IMG/VR virus record: IMGVR_UViG_3300028888_001628 | Location: 91,975 to 155,974 of that record | Length of the DNA stretch: 64,000 bases | Strand: one strand, 5' to 3' | Source: a virus | Taxonomy: Duplodnaviria > Caudoviricetes | Shown here: positions 10,901 through 19,716 of the stretch, one piece after another | Position numbering within the stretch: the first letter of the stretch is position 1 | Layout: each line of letters begins with the position of its first letter | Translations under genes and position numbers: made by a program | The notes under the pieces: generated by a model | What the model was told of the DNA's origin: nothing | The model's input: the letters and a program-made list of their open reading frames with translations, nothing else | Databases searched by the model: none

Positions 10901-11718
10901 ATACTTATTCAGAGATGGTATGTAATCAACTAGTTGAAGCTGCTCTTAAATACGCAGGATTCCCATTACCCACTAGAGGTGTTGTAACAAAGCACTTCAA
11001 TAACGATAAGATGAGATTAGTTTTAAATGATCCAATTAAAGGTATTTCACCTACAGATCCAGCACTAGTACCTGGTATGATTATGTTTTCTCATCCATTT
11101 ACACAAGAAGAAGCAGATCAGTTAAACGCTCAGAAGGGCGGTAAACGAAAAGCCGGTGATCCTGGTCACATGGGTATTTATGCTGGTAATGGTTTATGGT
11201 GGAACTCAACGTCATCGAAAAGCACCTATGATTATAGTAGTGGTGAAAAAATTAAATTTACAGAAAGCGGTGTTGCTCTCACTAAACCAATGACAACCGG
11301 TACATATAAATTATATGCGGCTGGATACTATGATGGAATGTTTGACAGTTCAGTTACTGGGAAGTTACCGACTGCTAATAAAAAATCAACTGTTTTAGAA
11401 CGCGCTACTGAGCAAACAAAACAGCTTCTTAAGAAAGCTGGGTCAGGGCAGCCATCAGTTAAAGGTACGGGTCTTTTATCAACTAATGAAATGATGACTA
11501 TACTTAATGAAGCTGGTATTAGAAACGCACCAATAATGAGTTCATATATAGAACAAGCAAAGAAATTACTTGCAAGTGGCTCTGATAAAGAAAACATTAT
11601 TGTATTACTTACAGAGATAGCAAGATACCTGAGATCAATGTCAATTAATAAGAACACTGCAGTCCCAGTTTCAAGACCACCAGCTGCAACTTATGGTGTA
11701 TCTGGTGCAGCTAGATAA
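7993..11718 (+). CDS. Tape measure protein with C-terminal NlpC/P60-like peptidase domain
   Basis: Long Ala/Lys-rich helical protein with Gly/hydrophobic stretch; FANGGVV..T.A.VGEAG.E.I.PL motif; CNQLV...GHMGIYAGNG Cys/His; upstream of baseplate genes. Confidence 0.8.
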   Translation: MAAYFGDSSQASSKTSIESVSQKVWSDFSSHMRNASAEEKKTFDKLTTIVQRNANSEVVRSENARRDSRAAAAAVHDKVDKGISAIDKLRDALKGALDKLYDMLKSSLKESLKKYDDFARSLREKNISSADKKAAQAAATRAKNVDDGLYVAQESINSLLTNMADENNAYFRKLTTVTENAAANAANDKRINMLASLVEKQGMSTQDAIKLSQSVSDKDLDKLEYFVLQSSEGLGGKQVLDSAVKMLNSAEGQLMLQSGNAIDALNSMGDSARKLAAIGGNFTSQTSTALTELGMQMKTGVLENINTQNLVAALGITGGKINSPEEIIDSINNKLFEIQSLQQSGNEEGAERLAKQLENGLRPLFGENEQVMAEMMSSIGAAKKGNLAFENVKVGEELLKQAKQTNEENRKNGKLSDLTDSFLAGVNNITADMFGIEGGLLGNLAVNLDEMFGGSLPMNDVVSNGFALVVSLLEGIRLGQITQSIGSFFGGSGIGGMFTGVLGKAGGLFGKLGNVFSKLGPVFTNIATKGLPIAFVAGAALLAYKAIKGEIDRGDEVEAVKDEIKDKDAEIARKEAELQAAKDFNNPNAGRIEQELNALKKSREGLDKKLDEAVGNARTNNEKTYDDYVASNRLKRVSLEQEIDMFAKNAERYLAMGDAENAAKQKSMADAADKQLKEIEARNEALKDYSHTMLAAMLEPLNLEADSMLKLNKYKDLIYSIVLGLFGPIGKIGNDIRLITTNWDKITAKIGSTIGSILPTAQDFRDTISNGIDKAKDLKATISKGVDNFKTKISNVINPFKDFFKLEWLPQSIKNFIFGGGKEAASKSSWIGNIGNVITTTFKNIRSDFKNWWNDFKLFANGGVVGSATKAVVGEAGKEVIFPLTKPDQIRNVFSQLSNNEKFLLLKELLKSNQSFSITSLSSVLYNILTNKDKLYKQSGTSNRELVSGDVTQTDLTRKIIEGAAAQKGHTYSEMVCNQLVEAALKYAGFPLPTRGVVTKHFNNDKMRLVLNDPIKGISPTDPALVPGMIMFSHPFTQEEADQLNAQKGGKRKAGDPGHMGIYAGNGLWWNSTSSKSTYDYSSGEKIKFTESGVALTKPMTTGTYKLYAAGYYDGMFDSSVTGKLPTANKKSTVLERATEQTKQLLKKAGSGQPSVKGTGLLSTNEMMTILNEAGIRNAPIMSSYIEQAKKLLASGSDKENIIVLLTEIARYLRSMSINKNTAVPVSRPPAATYGVSGAAR

Positions 11719-11781
11719 TTAACAATAAAACATCGCATATAGATTATAATCTATATGCGATATAATTATAGGATTTATATT

Positions 11782-13461
11782 ATGCCTTTATTAGATTCAA
11801 TCACATCAGCTATATCTAATGTAGCTCCAACTGTAGGTAATACTTTATCACAGGCTATATCTGGAAGATCTAGCGGTGAACCTCTTACATTAGGTGCTAA
11901 AAATACAGATGTTACTAATTTTAGAAATTTAGTTTATGCTAGTAAAGTTGGTAATAAAGATAATAGTTCACCTCCACCTAGTACACATACAGATGGGACA
12001 CCTACATCTCTTGCAATAGAATTTGATAAACAATTATATGATGCAGCATTAAATTTACCTGAAGCGAAAACAGTTTCATTTGAATACACTAATAAAGATT
12101 CAGATCGTCATTATGGTTTATTTAAGGGTGGGAAGATTTACAAATCTTTAAGTAAGACACCTGAAATTGCAAGTAATAATGCTAAACCTATGAAAGGCTG
12201 GTTAACACTAGACGGCAGTGATTTAGGTTTAGCAGAACTTGTGAATGAAAATACAAAGTACATTATAAATATAGCAGACTTTACACCAGAAAGAATAGTA
12301 AAAGATTTCACACCTCTTTATAATAAATTAAAGAATGCTAAATACGATAAATACGAGAGTGTTAAAGATGATACAAAAGCGGCCTCGTCAGAAGCTGCTA
12401 CAAATAATGAATCTACATCTAAAGACATTATAGATGACACATCTTCTACATACGAATTAGAGCAAACACCTTACTATGAAAAAGATAAAGACGGCAATAT
12501 TAATAACTATAAATATTATGGTCTGTATTACCCAGATCAAATTACTATAAAAGATAGACAAGTTACAAATAGTAGTGTATATAATAATGTACAAGCTGTG
12601 ATATATGACTTACCTAATTGTAATAGCTTAGATAATGCTTCTAGTTCTATTGAAAACAGTTTTACACAGTTATATTGCTATCAACAGCCTGAGTCAGTTT
12701 CATATACAGCGGCTGCACAGTATGATTCAGTATCACCTAGAGGATCTCAACAACCATTTCAATTTTATCAAAGTGCTAACACAATGAGTCTTGGTTTTAC
12801 ACTGAAGTGGCATATAGACGAAATAAGAACTATGTATAATAGGTCAGCTGGATCTAATAAATCATATACTATACAAGAAATAGCTAAAATAGCTGAAGAT
12901 TTCACACGTCCATGGCAGAATGGTTCATCTTTACTTCAAAAAGTATGCAAGGTAATATTACCAGGTGTATCTCATATTGGTTACATTACAGAAGCACAAA
13001 TAAATTATTCAGGTGATATGTCTGGTGATTATTCAACCGGCTCAGGCGTATTATCTGGTGGCGGTACAGATGGGTCAGATATTTCTATTAGGGAACCAGA
13101 AAATTACTTCTATTCTCAATTAGAAGTTACTTTTAGTATGATTATAATTAAAGACGTTCAGCTATATCATGTAAATGAAAGTAATGTAGGCGTAAAAACT
13201 ATTGTTTATAGTAAAGATAATAAATACAGTGCGAATACTACGACACAATCATCTGATAGGGAAGCACCTGCATCTGATGATTTAAATAAAGATGAAGCTA
13301 ATTCAACAGCTAATAATTCTAATGAAATGATGTCACCTGTTAGTGAGGAAGACATTCAAGCTTCAATAGATAGACCAGAACCACCACCTTATTCGCCGAT
13401 AATAAATGCAAGTAATCCATTTAATCAAATCGCTTCACGGTTTAATTTTATTAACGTATAA
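11782..13461 (+). CDS. Putative tail tube initiator / baseplate protein
   Basis: Follows TMP; PESVSY.AAAQYDSVSPRGS..PFQFY.S...L.F.L tube-like motif. Confidence 0.55.
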   Translation: MPLLDSITSAISNVAPTVGNTLSQAISGRSSGEPLTLGAKNTDVTNFRNLVYASKVGNKDNSSPPPSTHTDGTPTSLAIEFDKQLYDAALNLPEAKTVSFEYTNKDSDRHYGLFKGGKIYKSLSKTPEIASNNAKPMKGWLTLDGSDLGLAELVNENTKYIINIADFTPERIVKDFTPLYNKLKNAKYDKYESVKDDTKAASSEAATNNESTSKDIIDDTSSTYELEQTPYYEKDKDGNINNYKYYGLYYPDQITIKDRQVTNSSVYNNVQAVIYDLPNCNSLDNASSSIENSFTQLYCYQQPESVSYTAAAQYDSVSPRGSQQPFQFYQSANTMSLGFTLKWHIDEIRTMYNRSAGSNKSYTIQEIAKIAEDFTRPWQNGSSLLQKVCKVILPGVSHIGYITEAQINYSGDMSGDYSTGSGVLSGGGTDGSDISIREPENYFYSQLEVTFSMIIIKDVQLYHVNESNVGVKTIVYSKDNKYSANTTTQSSDREAPASDDLNKDEANSTANNSNEMMSPVSEEDIQASIDRPEPPPYSPIINASNPFNQIASRFNFINV

Positions 13462-13476
13462 TTATGAGGTGATCTA

Positions 13477-13731
13477 ATGGCAAGATATGATAGAAATTCT
13501 CGTTATTATGACTGTGATACTACTAATGATTTGCCACAAGATGAATTATTAAAAAAGTCATATTCATATTATACGATAGTTGTTAAAGCAAGTGAAAGTG
13601 GGAGATTAGATTTAGTTTCACAGCGTGTATATAATACACCTGTGCATTGGTGGATAATAGCAAGATTTAATGCGATCATTAATCCTGAGACTGCAATAGC
13701 CGGGACTGTATTGAGAATTCCACAGCTATAG
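13477..13731 (+). CDS. Baseplate protein, gp53/tail-X LysM-like
   Basis: GRLDLVSQRVYNTP..WWIIARFN.I..P.....GTVLRIP. Confidence 0.8.
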   Translation: MARYDRNSRYYDCDTTNDLPQDELLKKSYSYYTIVVKASESGRLDLVSQRVYNTPVHWWIIARFNAIINPETAIAGTVLRIPQL

Positions 13732-13743
13732 GATTTAAATCTT

Positions 13744-16185
13744 ATGAATTATGAATGTATAGACTATACTTATTGTGAAATAGACATTAACGGTTATATA
13801 ATTACAAATGTACAAAAGGCTGGATTTCCAGATAATAACTGTGGCGCTCATTTGGAATCTCTAACTATAGAATCACCTGTTGTTGGTAGCACAGAAGTTA
13901 ATAAAGATAGCATTGGTGCAAATGGCCGTATAAATGTAATCGATTATAAAGATGCAGTTTTTAAGTCACTTAATGTTCATTTAAAAGAATTCTTAGATAC
14001 ACGTGGTGAGCCTAAAGAAGACGGTAGCTATAGTGGTAGTTTAGAAAATGCAGAGAAGTATTTATCACGAGTAAAGATAACAATTAAAAGCTTTACTGAT
14101 ACTGTTACGTTTTATGGACAGATAATAGATTGGCAATTTAACTTTGTAGGATCTACACCTACGCTTGCGTTAGACTTTAAAGTTATTATACCTAGCTCAG
14201 ACAAAGAAAACCCACCACCAACGTATAAAACATATTCTTCACCAAAAGAATTAGTAAAAGCTCTTCGAGAAGCGTATAGCCCTGATATTCCAATAGTATA
14301 TTCAAATAACATGGGTTCTAGCTTAGCTGGGAAAGATCTCGACGATTACATTATTTTCATTAGTAGTGACGGTACTTTTTTATATAACAGTACAAGTTTA
14401 CCAAAGACTTGTGGTAATTCTTTAATAGATGCATACTTTTATTTAATAAAGAACTGTATTACAAAAGACGGTAAATATTTATCAGGTCACTATAATGGTG
14501 ATACTAATAAGTTTGAGATTTCATATAGAAATGTAAATAATAATCAGCCACCTAAAGATTCTGTTACTGATGAACTTGTATTTGTACAAAACGGTTGTTT
14601 CAAACCATATCAAAAAAGACCTGAAGATGGTAAGATAGTTATCCCAATGACTTCATTTAATTATGAAGTCAATCAGGCTAATCTTACGTTACAGTCTAGA
14701 ATATTACATAATCCTAATGGAACAACTGTAGTGCAGAACGGCGGTGATAATAGCACACGTACAATAGAACCAAATAGTGGTGGAAACCCTGGAAGCGACA
14801 ATGGTAATGGTGGCCCTAGTACTGTAAATGTGACATTTGATTGTTGTAACGTAACTGCTTTTAGAACAAACGATTTGAATAATAAAGTTCTATATGAGAT
14901 ATATAATGAGTTAGGTCAGAAGAGCATTGTTAGTGGTTATGGTACAGTTCAGAAATGTAGTTACACTTTATCAGGCGGTATGATTAAAGCTAGTGTTACC
15001 TGCTGTGAATATTTCAATAATAATGCTACTAAGGAAACTGGTTCAGGTAGTGCAGATAAAAAATCTAAAGAAGGTGTGTTTGATAAATTAAAGAAGCACG
15101 CAGAGAAGATAGCAGGGGCAAAAGCCGTGAGTAAATATGAAGTACCAAAAACTTATGAAGAATATCTTAGACAAGAAGATGATTTACCAATACCTCTCAG
15201 TATCGACAAGACTAGATCATGTTTAAAAGATGGTACCTTCGGAAAACATGTTGATATGTTCTTAGATCGATACGGTGATCTAAAATCAACCGCACGTAGG
15301 CTTGATTATTCTTTCATTAAAACTTTATATGATACTGGTGATTTCGGATTATTGTCATTATTGTATGGCCCAGCTCACTATGGAATTAAAGCATCAACTT
15401 TTCCTGATTATTGGCCTAAAAATGACGATGTAAAATGTCCTCCTAGAGATCCTGTATTACATGATCCAGGTCATAAAAATTCTAAAGAATTCTGTGCAGG
15501 AAGTATTGGTAAATTACCGTATCATTATAATGTAGGTGGGCTTGGAATTGCTCATTGGGATGCTGGAAACTTAGATGATATTTATACTACTTGCGGATTC
15601 GATCCATCTATGACTCAATCAGAACGAGATCATATCGCTAATCTTATAGTAAAGTCAGGTAAATGTACTGGGTGGCGAGTGGGGTCTTATAAAGGTGTTG
15701 AGCGTATATTTCCTATATTCGCAAAAGATAGTGTGATGAGAGTATTTGATAAAGGTTTAAAACAAGATGAGTTATGGTTAGGGTGGGCAAAGAATATTGT
15801 ATATTATAATGGAAGTAACGGTAGAATATATCAGCATTTTTTATTTGAGCTGTGGATTAGAAAAATGTGGCTTCCTACAATAAGTGAGCTTAATAAAGAA
15901 ACGTCTTCTAAAGACCACACTATATGCTTACAAGATGCTATTCGTATTTCTAGAGCTGCTAATAGTAAAACTGCATGGATATATGGTAAGGGGAGTCTTA
16001 GAAGAATGTGCGGGACTAACGTTTCTGAGCAATATGATATTTATACTAGCAACGGAGATAAACCGCATGCTGATAAGCAGAAGGCGTATTGCAAACGCTT
16101 ATGTAAAATATTAGAGTGGGAATACTCACATCAAAATAGTAATGTACCTGGTAGTACATCAGGCGGTAGTGGTAGCGCGAGGTAA
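13744..16185 (+). CDS. Putative baseplate hub with possible C-terminal lytic domain
   Basis: Position between LysM protein and spike; GGLGIAHWD weakly resembles tail lysozyme motifs. Confidence 0.5.
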   Translation: MNYECIDYTYCEIDINGYIITNVQKAGFPDNNCGAHLESLTIESPVVGSTEVNKDSIGANGRINVIDYKDAVFKSLNVHLKEFLDTRGEPKEDGSYSGSLENAEKYLSRVKITIKSFTDTVTFYGQIIDWQFNFVGSTPTLALDFKVIIPSSDKENPPPTYKTYSSPKELVKALREAYSPDIPIVYSNNMGSSLAGKDLDDYIIFISSDGTFLYNSTSLPKTCGNSLIDAYFYLIKNCITKDGKYLSGHYNGDTNKFEISYRNVNNNQPPKDSVTDELVFVQNGCFKPYQKRPEDGKIVIPMTSFNYEVNQANLTLQSRILHNPNGTTVVQNGGDNSTRTIEPNSGGNPGSDNGNGGPSTVNVTFDCCNVTAFRTNDLNNKVLYEIYNELGQKSIVSGYGTVQKCSYTLSGGMIKASVTCCEYFNNNATKETGSGSADKKSKEGVFDKLKKHAEKIAGAKAVSKYEVPKTYEEYLRQEDDLPIPLSIDKTRSCLKDGTFGKHVDMFLDRYGDLKSTARRLDYSFIKTLYDTGDFGLLSLLYGPAHYGIKASTFPDYWPKNDDVKCPPRDPVLHDPGHKNSKEFCAGSIGKLPYHYNVGGLGIAHWDAGNLDDIYTTCGFDPSMTQSERDHIANLIVKSGKCTGWRVGSYKGVERIFPIFAKDSVMRVFDKGLKQDELWLGWAKNIVYYNGSNGRIYQHFLFELWIRKMWLPTISELNKETSSKDHTICLQDAIRISRAANSKTAWIYGKGSLRRMCGTNVSEQYDIYTSNGDKPHADKQKAYCKRLCKILEWEYSHQNSNVPGSTSGGSGSAR

Positions 16186-16189
16186 TTAT

Positions 16190-16855
16190 ATGTCAGATAG
16201 TTTATCTCAATATGAAATACCTAGAAATAGTATTTCTTGTTATATTGGAAGAATAAGTGAAACTCCAAGTGAAGATTTTGCTAGTAACGGAATTTTAATC
16301 GTCGATATTGGTAATGTTGAAAGTGATGATGACGATGGTAATGTAGAGAATGAAGGCCCTGATTATACAGAGAACGGAACTACAAAACTAACCGCAATAG
16401 CATCATGGACTTTACGATCAGCATATATAGCATGGTCCACACCACCAAAGATTAAATTCAAGGGAAACGTAAAACTTCATGGAAAAGTCTCAATGAATAA
16501 TGCACAGTTGAGTAGTATTAATATATCAGGTGGACCACCTATGCAAGGTACTATTACTTCGCCATCTGGACCAGGAACATCAACTACGCCAGTATCTATA
16601 TCTTCAGCTTCAGGCACAGCAAAAATTGAGCAGTCTTCAGATGCAGAAATAGAAATGGAAACTGGAGATGATTTAACTATAGAGTTAACTTCACAGTTAG
16701 GTGCACAGCTTCCATGGTGTGTAAATCCAACTAAAGCTCAAGAAGGTGATGATATTGATGATGGTCTTCCATTTATAAAGAAAGGTGACAAAGCTCTATG
16801 CCTTGCATTTGGTAATTCTCTATCAAATTTATTTGTAGTGGATATATTTAGATAG
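16190..16855 (+). CDS. Putative baseplate central spike
   Basis: Immediately upstream of gp25; OB-like ends (LPFIKKGDKALCLAF) around a beta-rich core. Confidence 0.5.
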   Translation: MSDSLSQYEIPRNSISCYIGRISETPSEDFASNGILIVDIGNVESDDDDGNVENEGPDYTENGTTKLTAIASWTLRSAYIAWSTPPKIKFKGNVKLHGKVSMNNAQLSSINISGGPPMQGTITSPSGPGTSTTPVSISSASGTAKIEQSSDAEIEMETGDDLTIELTSQLGAQLPWCVNPTKAQEGDDIDDGLPFIKKGDKALCLAFGNSLSNLFVVDIFR

Positions 16856-16864
16856 GATTATGAA

Positions 16865-17215
16865 ATGAAAACTTTTACAGGTAAATATGTTAATGGAAGT
16901 TTCGTTTATTCTGAAGATGTAGATGCAATTAAGTCTCAGTTAGTGTCTATATTAAATACACCTGCTGGATCAAGATTTTATATGCCTTCGTATGGATCAC
17001 ATTTAAATGAATATAGGTTCAGCGTCTTAAATTACTTTACGATTAATATGATTGGTCAAGAAGTAAAAGAGGCTATTAACATGATGTCAGGCGTTACTTT
17101 ATCAGAGATATCATATACTGTTAATGATAATAGTATAATATTTAATATAGACTTAATGCAGAATTCAGATACAATTAGATTTAGTTTAGCTATAACAGAT
17201 GGTGTAGCATATTAA
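16865..17215 (+). CDS. Baseplate wedge subunit, GPW/gp25 family
   Basis: IKSQL..ILNTPAGSRFYMPSYGS.L. Confidence 0.9.
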   Translation: MKTFTGKYVNGSFVYSEDVDAIKSQLVSILNTPAGSRFYMPSYGSHLNEYRFSVLNYFTINMIGQEVKEAINMMSGVTLSEISYTVNDNSIIFNIDLMQNSDTIRFSLAITDGVAY

Positions 17216-17232
17216 TATATTATGGGGTTACT

Positions 17233-19629
17233 ATGGCATCAAGAATAACGGGTCGCGATTATACCACGCTGCGCCAAGAAATAATAGATCTTCTTAGACA
17301 AAAACTACCAGTTGACTGGGATTATCAAAACCTAGCTGATCCTGTAGTTATATTTGCAGAATGTCTAGCTAGAGTCGGTGATCAATTACATTTTACAATA
17401 GATGAGCTTAGACGCGAATGCGATATGGCTACAGCTAATAGAGCATCGTCTATATATTCTTACGCTATGCGAGAAGGTTATAAGATGATGCTACCGAAAG
17501 CGTCATTTGGTACTCTATCTTTAAATTATAAAGTTAATTTAGGTAGTGATGGGAAAGACGCTGATGCTAATAAATGGCGCATTAATCTAAATAAGTTTGA
17601 TGAGATAAAAGCAATTCCATTCGGTGAATCTCTTTACGTTGTAAATGATAGTATATCTGCAACATTATATCCTCCTTTAGATTCTGAATATAGTAAAAAG
17701 TTAAGTGACTATTATAATGATGACGATGAAATAGACAAGGGTAAGTTAAGTATTTATAATGCGTATATGCAAGACGAGTATAATAAAACTGTTCGCATAA
17801 ACGTAGTATTAGGTACTAAATCAGAGTTCTCATTTACATACAGTAATATAAATAATGATTCTACTGTAGAATTACCTGATTCATTTATCGATAGAGATCT
17901 AGTCAGACTTACATATAACAATAATGATGAAAGAAATGTTGAAATTACCTACGTAGATGATGTTATTAGCTCTGGTTTTAATAGTAAGTCATTTACTTTA
18001 ACACCAAAGTTTATAGGTGGCGCTATTCATTTGTATATAGAATTTCCAACTAACTATCGCGATATATTTAAAGATCATACTACATCATTTAAATTTGAGT
18101 ATATTAGAATAAAAGATTCTAAGATAGAGTCTTTAATGAGTTACCAAACTGGTAAAGACACATTTAATTTCGGTAACGCTTTAGACCATGATGGTGAATT
18201 AAGTGAAGGTAGTGACATTATTGTTTCGATAGGTAACGGCATCAAAGGCTATGAAGAATATGAAAATGCAAATGTTACACGTGAACACTATAAGCAATTT
18301 GTGCAAAGCTATTCTTCTTTATTAACTAAGAGTGATTATGAAAGCTATATAAAAGCTACTTCCGCGGCTCATTGTAAAGTATATGATCATGGTGATATGT
18401 ATGTAAGTCCGCGAGTACTTCCAGATAATACAGACTTAATTCCGCGTGTCATATATACTATTACAGATAATAATTATGAATCACGAATGGAATTATGGTA
18501 TGACTTAAAAGAACGATCTGCACGGTCAGATTGTATTATTATGATTCCATTTGGAATCGATCCATATACAGTCATAGTTAAAGCTGATTGTTATTTAGTT
18601 GGTACTTCAACTGCAGAAATAGCGACAAGTGTAAAATCAGCTATTATGAGTTATTATTCAGCATCAACCGGTGAACGTATACCTAAACGATCGGTGATAG
18701 ATTATCTTGCACATAATGCATCAGATAAGATTATTAGATTAGACAATATAATTGTTAGAGATTCAACATACGGAAAAGTTGATTCTACATTCTCGAATGT
18801 AAACACTTTAAGTAATGCAAAAATAGATCAGTTATTTAAAGCACTATCATCAGGTGATATTACATTTAGTTCTGATTTAGAAACTGATATAACTAGCAGA
18901 TATTATTTACGTGGTAATATTTACAGAGACAGTGATAACAACACTTACACTTATGAAGAATTGCAGAAGCTAGAAATAGAAAATGACGGATCAGATCTAC
19001 CTGAATCACTTACGTTAGAATATTATTGTAAATACACAATGGTATTTGAAAAACAATCAGATGAAGATTCAGATAATGGATTAATAAACGAATATAACGA
19101 TTTCCCAAAAGAATTTCCAAAGATATATTATGTTCACAATGGTTCAGAATCAGTAATAGATGAGTATGATAATCTTGTAGATCACCAAATTACATACGGT
19201 GAACTTGATTCAGAAGATTGGGATTTTGAAGAAAAAGATATATTTAGTTATAACACTGTAACAGATAATACAATGACATCTGTGTCAGATAGTCAGTATT
19301 ACGGTTGGGTTGTTTATAGTGATGAAAGTGTAGATTATTATATTAGACGAGACGAGTTAACTCTTGTATCAGAAGGTGAGAATGTAAATACATACGAAAA
19401 AGCTGAAGGCGTAGAAAAACTAACTCTATATAGCAGCCCCATTGATCTATTACATTATGCTACAGATAAAGAAGTTACATACGATCAGAATGGTAGGTTT
19501 ACAGGATCAGTTTATTGTAAATTAGCAACTGCGTCTATAAATAATGATTATACAAAACATCATTACATGACACCTGTAATAAACAATGTAATTGTTTTAA
19601 TAAAGGCTGTAAACACAAACATAAGATAA
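17233..19629 (+). CDS. Baseplate wedge subunit (gp6/baseplate J-like)
   Basis: RDYTTLRQEI...WD....DP....E..A..GD.L.F.ID...RE...TA...SS....A...GY; later LLTKSDYE. Confidence 0.85.
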   Translation: MASRITGRDYTTLRQEIIDLLRQKLPVDWDYQNLADPVVIFAECLARVGDQLHFTIDELRRECDMATANRASSIYSYAMREGYKMMLPKASFGTLSLNYKVNLGSDGKDADANKWRINLNKFDEIKAIPFGESLYVVNDSISATLYPPLDSEYSKKLSDYYNDDDEIDKGKLSIYNAYMQDEYNKTVRINVVLGTKSEFSFTYSNINNDSTVELPDSFIDRDLVRLTYNNNDERNVEITYVDDVISSGFNSKSFTLTPKFIGGAIHLYIEFPTNYRDIFKDHTTSFKFEYIRIKDSKIESLMSYQTGKDTFNFGNALDHDGELSEGSDIIVSIGNGIKGYEEYENANVTREHYKQFVQSYSSLLTKSDYESYIKATSAAHCKVYDHGDMYVSPRVLPDNTDLIPRVIYTITDNNYESRMELWYDLKERSARSDCIIMIPFGIDPYTVIVKADCYLVGTSTAEIATSVKSAIMSYYSASTGERIPKRSVIDYLAHNASDKIIRLDNIIVRDSTYGKVDSTFSNVNTLSNAKIDQLFKALSSGDITFSSDLETDITSRYYLRGNIYRDSDNNTYTYEELQKLEIENDGSDLPESLTLEYYCKYTMVFEKQSDEDSDNGLINEYNDFPKEFPKIYYVHNGSESVIDEYDNLVDHQITYGELDSEDWDFEEKDIFSYNTVTDNTMTSVSDSQYYGWVVYSDESVDYYIRRDELTLVSEGENVNTYEKAEGVEKLTLYSSPIDLLHYATDKEVTYDQNGRFTGSVYCKLATASINNDYTKHHYMTPVINNVIVLIKAVNTNIR

Positions 19630-19716
19630 AAACTTACCCTCTAGAAACTTTCTCTAGAGGGATTTTTAATATCTATAGTTTATTACTATAATAATATATT
19701 ACTGAAGGCTCATAAC

